A stretch of DNA of 64,000 nt from the NCBI GenBank assembly GCA_045655765.1, contig JAZOQA010000022.1:4573-68572 (forward strand), given 5' to 3'. This document shows, piece by piece, positions 1 to 12,100 of the stretch. Source of the DNA: Eubacteriales bacterium (GTDB lineage: Bacteria > Bacillota > Clostridia > Oscillospirales > CAG-272). The position numbers and the translations under genes were made by a program. Position 1 is the first letter of the stretch; every line of letters starts with the position of its first letter. The notes under the pieces are model-generated. The model worked only from the letters and a program-made list of their open reading frames with translations. It was not told the origin of the DNA and did not search any database.

Positions 1-1
1 C

Positions 2-118
2 ACTCTCTCTGGTATCGACCCTGCCACTATGGCAAGTGAACTCAATGATGATGTCGAGGACTACACTCCCGGCGGTGGCGATGACGAAGTGATTGATTAT
101 ACACCCGGTAACAAATAA
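2..118 (+). CDS. 3' end of an upstream ORF (partial)
   Basis: The frame is open from the window edge to TAA at 116-118 (...DYTPGGGDDEVIDYTPGNK*), 5 nt before the next ATG. It is acidic and its function is unknown. Confidence 0.3.
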   Translation, partial: TLSGIDPATMASELNDDVEDYTPGGGDDEVIDYTPGNK

Positions 119-123
119 AAACT

Positions 124-3100
124 ATGCCTATATTTGAGTACAACGGAAAGAAGTACAATGTGAAAGACGAACACATTGACAGCTTTATGAATGATTTCCC
201 CGATGCTTCAACCATTATGGAGCGTGAGGGGAAAAAGTATCGTGTTAGGTCGGCTGATTACAGGACGTTTATGTCGGAGCAACAGGGCAACGAGCCTCAA
301 CAGCCCGAACAGCCTGCGGCAGCACCTACTGTTCCCGAAGTGGAAACACCTGCAACTCCGACAGGCGAAACACCGCTCACAGAACAGGATAAAATACGTT
401 TCAGTGCAGGTATCGAGCAGATGAAACGCCGTACACAGCAGTCTATGGACGATTTCAACGAACGTATGGCAACAATGCGTGAGTACCACGACAACGCTCC
501 TTTGGGCGGTGGACAGACTGCCGAGGGACGTATGATGTTCAACCCACAGAGCGGTAAGTTCGAGAAAACCTATATCACCCCTCTTGGCAACAGATACACA
601 AGCAAGGGACTTGCCGATATGGAAAGTTTCAGATACCGACAGGCGGCTGATATGTCCGTCAGTGGGCAGTTGCGTCGTGCAAGACTGAAACTTGCAGAAT
701 TGCAGGCACAGCGTAACGAAAGAGCCAATGAGGTACACGATGAGGCAACGGAATTCAACAACACCAAACTGACCCCTCTTGGCAGATTGCTTGTTGGTGG
801 AGATATTTACGTTGCACAACAGCAGAGCGACCCCGAAAAGAATGCTTTGAATGTCGCTATCCGTCAGACAGAGGAACTCATCAAAGACCTTGAAGAGCAG
901 CAAGACCGTGAACAGGGTAAAGATGTGGGCTTTTGGCGTGGTTTCGGTCGTATTGTAGGCGATTTCAGAACGTGGGACTTCGGTATGAGCGATTTGAGCG
1001 ATGCAATGACAATGATGCACGCTGACCAACTCACAGATGAGAATGCCACCGAGGGCGAACGTGCTGCCTACAACGAAATGATGGGCGCAATCTACAACAA
1101 GGAGCAGGCAGAACAGGCGTATGGTGGCAATGCAAGTTTTTGGAACAGAGCAGGTGTAATGACAGGCTATATGCCGTCCTTTATGCTTGACTTCGTTATT
1201 ACAGGTGGTGGTTTTGAGGGTATCAGCCTACTTTCAAAGGGTGGTACAAGAGCCGCCACAAAGGTAATTGGTAGCGAGGTCGTTGAGGAAATGGCAGAAC
1301 AGGGCTTCAAGACCTATGTACGAAACAACGGCATCAAAGGTTTCGGACAGTATGCAGGTAATTGGACCATCAAAGCATTGGGTACTATGGGTGATGACTT
1401 GCTCATTCGTGCGCCTCTTATGACCAATACTGTTCAGTTCGGCAAGACAACCTCCGACATCATTGACAGAAAGTTGGGTGATGTTGTCGTAAATGAGGAC
1501 GGAACATACGATTTCAGCAACGATAAGACTTGGGGCAGTGCCATTTGGCAAGGCGAAGCCAATGCTATTATCGAGAACTATTCAGAAATGTTCGGTGCTC
1601 ACCTCGACCCGGTTGTTACCCTCGGCAATATGAGCAAACTTGCTAATGTGGTAGGTGCTAAACGTCTCGGTGCTGTGCTTTCAAAGGCTGATGCAGGTGC
1701 TTTGAGTGGCATTATGGGACAGACACACCAACTGTTCAACAAAATGGGTGTAAGCGACTATTTTGGCGAGGTTACGGAGGAATACTACGGTCAGATGTGG
1801 CGCACAATGCTCAATCTTGACGATGCCTATCAGCAAAACCCGGACGGAACACGCACCAATCTACTTGCAACAGGAAAATTCCACGGCGACATTTGGGGCG
1901 GTATGGCTCTTTCTATGGGCTTGATGGGTGCAGGCAAGCATACCATTTCGGCTACGCAATATACCTCAATGAAGCATAGCGTAAACAAGGCTGATGCACA
2001 CGCAACAGAATTACTTGGCAAAGAGGTATGGGAGCCGTTGAGAACAACGCTTGACCTTACCACTAACGATGATATGGGCGCAATGGCAGAGGCTATTGTT
2101 AATGACCAAAACTTCACCGATGAGGAAAGAGCAGCCGTTCTTACCTATATGGAGCGTTCTATGATGATGAGAGGTTACAACCTCGGCACACTTGCACAAA
2201 GACGTGGTGCAGCACAGGATGAAGACATACAGGCTCTTGATGAAAGTTATATGGACGGCTACGGCATTGAAACATCGCAGGAGATGAACGATGCCAAGAA
2301 TATGCTTGACTACCAACGTCAGCGTGTTTCTGCCATTGTGGACGAGGATTTGCTTGCCTTTATGGATAGCAACCCAATGAACGCATTGGAAGAGGTGCGC
2401 AGTAATGGGGTTTGGAACGATGAAGCACGTGCTACCATCCTTGACTACCTCAACGCAAAGCAGGTGTATGACGGTATGATACAGCGTGTGCGTGATGATA
2501 TTGACGGACGTATCGACCAGAGCAACGCAATGGTAAATGCCCGTACCAACCGCACAACAGGTATGATACAGGGTGCTACAATGAAAGTTGATGACCGCCG
2601 TGTGTATGTTATCAACGGAAACCTTGTGCAGTATGCAGACGGTAGCGGTATTGACATCGAGGCTTCGGACAACAGTATCATTGTTCGTGATGCAGAGACA
2701 GGCGCACTTGAACAGGTGTCGCCCGATGCTATATTGAACATTGATGAGGCGTTAGACCCCATAACTGAAATGCAGACTGCCGCAGATGCTATCCGTCAGC
2801 AGTACGCACAAGAGGCAGCCAACAGGATTGATGGTGTTGTTACATTCAATCCGGGCGACACATACACCATTACAGGCGATGATGCACAGATACAGGTGCA
2901 GATTGTAGCCAATGATGAGGGTATTGTGGATAATGGGGACGGCACTGTAAATGTGTCGGACGGTACAAACGTGTTCCCCTTGGCCAAGGAGACCATACAG
3001 CAACAGGCAGAGGCGGCACAGTTGGCACGTGTGGCGCAGTTCGAGCAACAGAGAGCTGCCGAGAATGCAGCCTATCAGCAGGCTGTTGAGGAAGAGAGCA

Positions 3101-6100
3101 GACCGCAGTATGCCCTCAACGACCTTGTTTCCCTCCGTGATGAGAACGGTAATGCTGTTCGTGGTAACATTACTACCGATGCAGATGCAGACGGCAGATA
3201 TGAGGTTTATACCGAAGCACCTATCAATGGCAAACGTGTAAACCTGTTCACTCGTGATGAACTCGACAGTATGCTGATGGAGCATAACGGAGTGGTATTT
3301 GAACAGCCTGCCGACAATGAGGGTAACAATGGTGGCGAAAATATTCCTGAAAGTGGCAACAATGCCCCTCAAAATATTCCTGCAATGCAGAGAATACCAA
3401 AGGATATGCAGGGCAATCCCCTTTATGAGCAAACCGACAGCGATACCGCTTGGGACGCTATCGTTGAGCAGACAGAGGGCGATGAGGCTATGGCGCAGAC
3501 CGTAGCCGATGGAATGGTTGCCGACAAAGAGGCAGCTTTGAAGAAATTGGAGAAAGCCAAGTCGAAAGGTGGTGCTACCATTGCCGAGAAGATTGCAGCC
3601 GAGAAAGAACGCAAGGCGGCGATTGATGCGGCACAGCAGGAAGTGAACATTTGGAAGAAGATTGCCGGAACTGCTAACCGCAGAAAGATGGATGCAGAAG
3701 CAGAACGTAGGCGAATTGCTGATGAAGCCGCAGCACTCCGCAAGGCAGAGGAAGAGAAGTTGCGTGCTGAACGTGAGGAAGCAGAACGCATCGAGCGTGA
3801 AGCCCTCAACGGTGTTCCCGATATGGTGGACGATACTCCACAGGATGCACGAGCAAGAGGTTACAGACGTGTCAGTGGTCATAAGATTGACCGCCAAGAG
3901 CCTTTACAGGCATTGCAGGGTAAGGAGATTGCCGTTAAGTTCAGCGACAGCACCTTGCCGACAGGTCGTGTTGCCGTGATTGAGGCAGAGCAGTTGCAGC
4001 CGAGCCACGTTCAAGGCGTTCGCAACCCTCTCCACTTCATTGATGAGGCACAGCCAAAGGAGCGCAACGATGAAGCGAGCGTATTGTCTGCACAAAAGAT
4101 AGCAGGTAATATTCGCCCCGAGGAGATTACATCTTCCGTTACTGCCTATACAGGTGCGCCAACCGTGAATGCACGAGGCGAAGCCATACAGGGCAACAAC
4201 CGAAGCGATGCACTCCGTTTGATGTGGGAAAGCCACGAAGACCAGGCAGCGCAGTACAAGCAGTATCTGATTGACCACGCAGAGGAATTTGGCTTGAATG
4301 CCGATGATGTTGCGGCTATGGAACGTCCTGTCCTTGTGAATATGCTTGACGTGGACGATGCAGAGGCTATCACTCTTGGTCAGTTCGTGGCACAGGACAC
4401 CGAAAGCGGAGGAACAGAGCGTATCAAGCCGAAGAATGCTTTGCAGAAAATGGGTAACGATATGCGTTCATTCGCCAACCTGTTGTTGAAGTCCAACGAT
4501 GAGGATACATCATTTGCAGGGCTTGTGGATAACAACGGTGTTGAGGTGTTGAAGTGGATGAGCCAAAGAGGTTACATCACTCCTACACAGTACAAGAGTG
4601 CTTTTGATAGCAAGGGCAACCTTACTGCCGAGGCAAAGAACGATTTGCGAGGTATTATGTATCAGAGCATCTTCAAGGGCGGCAGCACCCGACTTGAAGA
4701 AATGTTCAACGCTATGCCTGCAAAGGCTCAAAAGGCTATCCTTGCAACGGCATTCCGTGATTATGACAGCCCTAATGCAGACCGTATGATTGAGGAGATA
4801 CAGAACTCAATCCGTGCGTTCTATGCCCTATCGCAAAGCGAGGACTTTGTAAACGCCAAGACGTTCAAGGATGCACGTTTGGCAGTAGAGGGTTGGAAAA
4901 TTCAGTACCAAATTGATGATGTAACAGGCGAAAGTTACCTACCTGCCGAGAATTTCAGTAACTTTGCACTGCTTTTGGCAACGATGTATAAGGGCGAGAA
5001 CCAAAGCGTCATTCAAGGTACATTCAACAAACTTTACGACCTTATTCAAGGTACACAAGAACCAAACCTGTTTGAGCAGCCGGACAACACGCCTCGTTCG
5101 CTTGCACAGGCTATTTACGAAACATTAAACATTACCTACGATGGACAACAGCGAAGCAATGTATTGGTTGGCGATAGTTCAGCAAGCCAACGAGGGCAGC
5201 AAGGAAGCACAGGAGATGCTGCAACAGGAGAACGAGTTGAGAACGGAGAGCGGACAGCCGACAGTGCAGGAAGCATTGAAGCAGAAAGCACAACAGGCGG
5301 CGAAACCGTACATCAACCCCAACCCGAACGAAAAGGACTTGAACAAACTTCTGATGTCGGACGGAAAGGAGACAGCACAGGAGTGGCTGATGACGCAACC
5401 CAAGAAGTATTGGGAGCGAGCAACCGAGGCGATATACGAGTGCTTGAAGAGGGGTTGGACACTTCATACAGCGCATATTCAGATGATAGCGAGAGAACTC
5501 GACGCACAGCGGAATCCGAAAGGCTGGTAAGCCTTGCCAAGCAGCACGGCTTATTCATCCCTGCCGAGGTTATCAAGACTTTGACAGGTAAGGTAGCAAA
5601 GCGCACAGGCGAGAGTGTTGTTTACATCGACACAGCAGCAGGCAAGGTAACAAAGGTCAAAGACCCATACGCCAAGGCTGCAATGAAAAGCGGTGTTCAG
5701 CCCGAAGATGCCGCCTTTGAACACCTTGTGCATAATCTCCTGTTCCCCGAAACCGCCTACACATTGGAGGGTATCAGCGAGGAAATGGGCGATGTACGCA
5801 TTGTTCTATCGCAGGACTTCATTCAAAACTACGACCAACCTACAAAGGAACAGATTGCGGAAGCACTTGCCGCACGTGGATTGTTCCCGGAAGATAACTA
5901 CTCTTTCGGTAATGAACTTGTGTCTGTAACCGATGTAGAGGGCGATAACGTGTTGTTGGGTGAAGATGGTACGGTGTACTTCATTGACCCTATTATCCGT
6001 TTCAAAAAGCCGTTGAGAGAGATTTTAGCGGCTCTTGGTGGTGCTGAACAGAAAGCACCTACCATTGGCGAGCAGATACAGGCAGCAGAGGCAGAGGTAA

Positions 6101-9100
6101 ACACCAACCCTACCGAAGCACAGAAAGAGGCAGGCAACTACAAAAAAGGACACGTTCAGATTGGCACATTCAACGTAACCATTGAACAGCCGAAAGGCTC
6201 TGTGCGCAGTGGCGTAGATAAGGGCGGCAAGAAATGGGAGGTTGAAATGCAGAACACCTACGGCTACATTCGTGGCACTGAGGGTGTGGACGGCGACCAT
6301 ATAGATGTGTTCCTGTCTGATGATATTGACGGTTGGGACGGACACAAAGTGTTCGTAGTGGACCAACGTAATGCTGACGGCAGTTTCGATGAGCATAAGG
6401 TTATGCTTGGCTTCAATGACATCAACGATGCCGAGGCAGCCTATATGAGCAACTATGAAGAGGGTTGGCAGGGACTTGGAGCCATTACAGGCGTTTCCAT
6501 TGAGGAGTTCGAGAAGTGGATAGCCTCATCACATCGCAAAACCAAAGCATTTGCGGAGTACAAGAGTGTCAAGACCACCGAGGGACAGAGTGCATCGACA
6601 GACAAGGATTTGCGCCGCAAACTCGCAGACTTCAATGTTGGCGATGTTGTGCGTGATTACTACAATCAGAAGTTGTACCGCATCAAAAAACACTCAACCA
6701 ACGGTGTTTCTACCATTGCAGAACTCGATGCAGAGGGTAACGAGGTGGGTACTACCACAATGAACGCTCACAACAATAGTCGTTACAGCCTTGCCGAAGC
6801 ACCTGTAAAGGCTGAAACAACCTCAACAGATGCTCCGTATAGCATTGCTCCTGCAAAGTACACCACCAAGAAAGGCAAGGTGCTTGATATGCACCTCGTG
6901 AAGTTTGCAGGCACTCTGACAAAAGAACAGCAGAGAGCAGCCAAAGAACTTGCCAAAGCCGACAAGGGTTGGTATGACCGTGAGCAGGGCGGATTTATGA
7001 TGCGTAGCGAGGAAAGTGCAAAGCAGTTGGCGGACACCATTCTGAACAATGACGATGCCGTGAGCGATGCACAGCCTGTATCACTCGCTGACACTCGCAA
7101 GGTTGTGAAGCCTCAACAGGTAAATGTGGAGAGCCTTATCGGTGAACTCAACGAAAAGGGTGAAGCCAAGTTGAGCGACCACGCAGAGCAACCTACCAAT
7201 CCGAGCGGCAACCGTCTTGTTACTGATGAGCGTTACGCAGAACTCCGTGAGCGTATGCGTAAGAAGTTGGGCGGTCAGATGAACATTGGCATTGACCCCG
7301 AAATTCTTGCCATTGGTACTGAAATGGCTGTCTATCATTTAGAGAAAGGCGCACGCAAGTTTACCGAGTATGCAAAGGCTATGATTGCAGACTTGGGCGA
7401 TGCTATACGTCCATACCTCAAAGCGTTCTACAATGGCGCACGAAACCTGCCAGAAGTAGAAAGCAGCGAGATAGCAGACGATATGACCCCTTATGATGAG
7501 GTACAGCAGTTCAATGTTGCCACATTCGACAAGGAGCATAGCGACCCATTCACAACGGCTGAAATTGTTGTCGCTGAACAGGCACATCAAGAGGAAGCCG
7601 AGCAAGCAAAACAGGAAATTATCAACCAACGTAACACCGAAAGGAGAAATGAAGATGAACAAACGTCAGCAAGTACAGAGGCTATTGCAAGCCAAGCAGA
7701 GACTGTTGCAGATAAGGCAGAAAGCGACATCGAAACAGCGACAACAGAAGAACAACTGAATGATGTTGTAGCCACCATTGACAAACAGATTGAGGAGGTA
7801 AACAAGCAACTTGCCCTATTGGGCTACTATGAAGCGGATATTGACGATAGTCAGTTCCACGAAAGTTACGGCTATATGCGTAGTGCAGAGAAGAAAGCCG
7901 TAAAAGATGCTGATACCCTCGCTAAACGTATTGTCAAGGACTTGGGTATTGACCCTGCTTCCATTGTTGATAAGAAAGGCAAGAAACGCAAGGTTATCGC
8001 ACAGGCGAACATCGCCCCGGCAGGAGGAAACGTGTATATACATCTACCTCTTACAGAAGATAGAGAACTGTATATAAGTGTTGATTTGGAGCCGGACTAT
8101 AAAGGTGGCAACAGAGACAATCTGTTTATTGACCATATAATGTTGCGTATAGAGAACCCAACAGGGCAAGGATACCGTTATGTGGGTCGCAATGTATGGG
8201 TACAGTCTGATGCAACCTATACCGATGTGCTTGATGAGATACGTGCCGAGATTATTCAGCACGTACCCGAATTTGATTTACCTACAAGGCAGTCTGTTAG
8301 CGAGACAGAACAAAAGCAGCCAAAAGCGAAGAAGTCCAAGAAAAAAGCAGTAAATTTGCAGCAGTCAGGCGAGTTGGGATTGTTTGACAGCTTATTTGAT
8401 AACGAAACAAACAACGAAGATGGATTACAGAGAAATGATGCAACACGCTCCGAAGGAGTGTCAGCCAACGGTAATCGACACGAACAAGGATTATCAAGAG
8501 GCTCTGAAACAGGTAGCGAAAGCGAACAACAAGGCAGTCGAAGAACTGACAACGGAAGAGAAACAACAGGCGATGCAGTCGATAGGACTGTGCGACCTCG
8601 ACTTTCAGACACCGTAACCGAGCCGAAGAATACCCGGAACAACCATTCAGAGCGAGGCAAAGACCACGCCCCTACTTCGGTAGATGCACGTATAGAAGCC
8701 AACATCAAGGCTATTGAGTTGGCAAAGCAGTTGCTTGAGAGTGGCGAACAGGCTACAGAAAAGCAGATGCAGACACTCCGTAAGTTCAGCGGTTGGGGCG
8801 GACTCGGAAAGGCTTTCAGCGAGGGAACATATTATGCTCCCAACCTTATTGCAAAGCGACTTCGTGAGTTGCTTGGCGAAGCTGCATACCAAGAGGCGGT
8901 GATGAGTGCCAATAGTGCTTATTACACCCCTGCATACGTTGTTGATACCCTTTGGGACATTGCAGAACAAATGGGTTTCAAGGGCGGCAACATTCTTGAA
9001 GGTTCGGCAGGTATCGGTAACATCTTGGGACAGATGCCTACCCATATCAGCGAGCGTAGCAACATTCACGCCATTGAGATTGACGGCACATCGGGCGGCA

Positions 9101-12100
9101 TTCTCTCTCTTCTATATCCCGATGCAAAGGTGGAGATACAGGGCTTCGAGGAAACTCGTATCGCCAATGGTAGCGTGGACTTGGCTATTACCAATGTTCC
9201 GTTTGTTACAGGACTTCGTGTGAACGACACCACAGGCGATAAAGACCTATCCAAGAAATTCCACAACATACACGACTTCTGCATAGCAAAGAATGTGCGC
9301 AAACTGCGTGAGGGCGGTTTGGGCATCTTCATCACGTCCAATGGTACGCTTGATAACAGTAAGAAACTACGTGATTGGATTGTGAATGAGGGCGGCGCAG
9401 ACTTTGTGGGTGCTTTCCGTATGCACAACAAGACTTTCGGCGGCACAGGCGTAACCTCTGACATCATTGTTATCCGCAAGCGTGTGAATGGCAAGAAGTC
9501 AGCCAATGCCATTGACGTAAGCACCGTTACAGGCGAGCGTATGGCTGAGTACGATACAGGCGAAACACGCAAGGTAAAGGGACAGATTGTTCCTGTCGTG
9601 AAGCAGCTTTCAATGGACTACAATCAGTATTTCGTTGAGCACCCCGAGAATATGGCAGGTGAAATGCACTTTGCCTTTGAGAAAGGCGACACGTTCCGTC
9701 CGACAAGTAAAGGCTTGTATCCTAAACAGGATAAGAAGCAGGAACAGATGTTGGCAGAGTTCGTGCAGTCGTTCACTGCTGAGGAGTTTGGCGAAAAGGC
9801 TACTGATGAGATTGAAGTTATTGATGCAATGCCAGGCAAGAAGATTGGCGAGGTGTTTGTCAGTGATGGAAAGTTATACATCAATGCCATCGGTGCTGCT
9901 CAACCTCTTGAAGTCAATGCCAACAAGGTAAAGGGACACACAAAGGTTGAGTGCTTTGAGGCGTACAGCGCAATCAAGGAAGCCCTTGCCGCTGTTCTCG
10001 AATACCAAATCACCCACGAGGATGACAAGGGATTGAAGCCTCTGCTTGCTAAACTCAACAAGGCTTATGATGACTTTGTATCGACCTATGGACATTTCAA
10101 CAAGAATACTGCTATTGCGTTCCTCCGCAACGATGTGGACTATGCAAATGTGTTCGCTCTTGAAAAGTTTGAGGAGTCAGCCGATGCAAAGGGTAACAAG
10201 GTGCAGAAGTTCGGCAAGACCGATGTATTCAGCAAGCGTGTTATTGAAAAGGAGGCGGAGCCAATGCCTACCAATGTCAAGGACGGTATTGTAGCAAGTA
10301 TCTTCAAGTTTGGTCGTGTAGATATTCCATACATCGCAGAACAGCTCGGAAAGAGTGAAGCCGAAGTAAAGGCAGAAATCATCGAGAGCGGTTACGGCTT
10401 TGAAGACCCTGCCACAAGACAGGTGGAAGTGTCGTATCAGTATTTGAGTGGCAATGTGCGTGAGAAACTCCGTCAAGCACAGGAGAACAACGAGAACGGC
10501 GAATTTGACCGCAACATCAAGGCATTGCAGGAAGTTATGCCAATGACAATCCCTGCCCACTTGATAGACTTTACTCTGGGTAGTTCTTGGATAGAGCCTA
10601 AATTGTACGAGGAGTATGTGAAAGAACGTACCGATGTAGGTGTGCAATTTACTGCCGTAGGCGGTACTTGGTTTATGAACGAGCCATATTACACAGCCTA
10701 TGAGAAAAACCGTGCTATGGGTGTAACGAGTGAAATGCTTGGACGTACCGTAATGGGACACACTCTCATTGAGGCGGCTATCCAAAACAAGAGCATCACC
10801 GTTTCCACCGTTAAAAAGAATTGGGACGGCTCTACTGAAACCATTACCGACAAGGAGGCTACACAGGCTTGTAGTGCGAAGATTGACGAGATACGTCAGG
10901 ACTTCAAGGAATGGGCAAGACAGAAGATGCAGAGCGATGCGGAAATGTCGGAACGTATGGAGCGTGTGTATAATGACACATTCAACAACTATGTGCCGAT
11001 GAGTATTCCCGATGAGTTTGTCCCCGAATACTTCGGTGGTGCATCGCACAAGTTCAAGATGCGTTCACACCAAGGCAGAGCGATTGTAAGAGGTACTATG
11101 CAACCGCTGTTGCTTGCTCACGAGGTAGGTACAGGTAAAACCTTTACTCTTATCTCTACTGCAATGGAGATGCGCCGTTTGGGTACTGCACGCAAACCTA
11201 TGATAGTCGTTCAGAACGCAACCGTAGGACAGTTCGTAGCGAGTGCAAAGGAACTCTACCCCAACGCCAAGATACTGACACTTGAAGAGGCAGACCGCAT
11301 TGCAGACGGCAGAAAGAACTTCTATGCCAAAATCAAGTACAACGATTGGGATATGATTGTTGTGCCACAATCAACCTTTGAGTTTATTCCCGACAGCGAG
11401 GAAAGGCAAATGGCATTTGTGCAGGAGAAGATTGAAGAAAAGATGCTTGTCCTTGAACAGATGAAAGAAGCCGACCCCGATGGCAAGAGTATGATTACCC
11501 GACAGGCTGAACGTGAAATCGCCTTGTTGGAGGAAGAACTTGCAGGATTGAGCGGTGAGACAGGCAAGAAACGCACTGCCAACGATGAAAAGAAACGTGC
11601 CGTTGCTTTGCAGAATGCAGAGGTAAAGGCAATGGAAATGCTCGACCGCAGAACTGATGATGTTGAGAACTTCGATGATATGGGTATTGATGCCCTGCTC
11701 ATAGATGAGGCTCACGAATACAAACACCTTGGATTTGCCACCGCTATGCAGCGTGGTGTTAAGGGTGTGGACCCGTCATACAGCAAGAAGTCGCAGGGCG
11801 TATTCTTGAAGACACAGGCAGTGTTGGAGAAGAACAACGGACGAAACGTAATCTTCGCCACAGGTACACCAATCAGCAACACAGCAGCCGAGATATGGAC
11901 GTTTATGCGTTACCTTATGCCTGCTGACACTATGAAAGAGTACGGCATCTACTACTTTGACGACTTTGTGCGCAACTTCGGTAACATTCAACAGATGTTG
12001 GAATTTACCACAAGTGGCAAGTTCAAGGAGAACAACCGCTTTGCCGGGTATGTCAATCTGCCCGAGTTGGTACGTATATGGTCGGGCGTATCAGATACCG

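Noticed and set aside
2752-3897. Long antisense ORFs inside the giant genes: 2752-3897 (381 aa), 10177-11049, 12091-13572 (493 aa), 29755-30405 and 32002-33402 (466 aa)
   Set aside because: They lie wholly inside much longer sense ORFs that have clear domain motifs. Their translations are Cys/Leu/His/Val-rich low-complexity strings typical of shadow frames.
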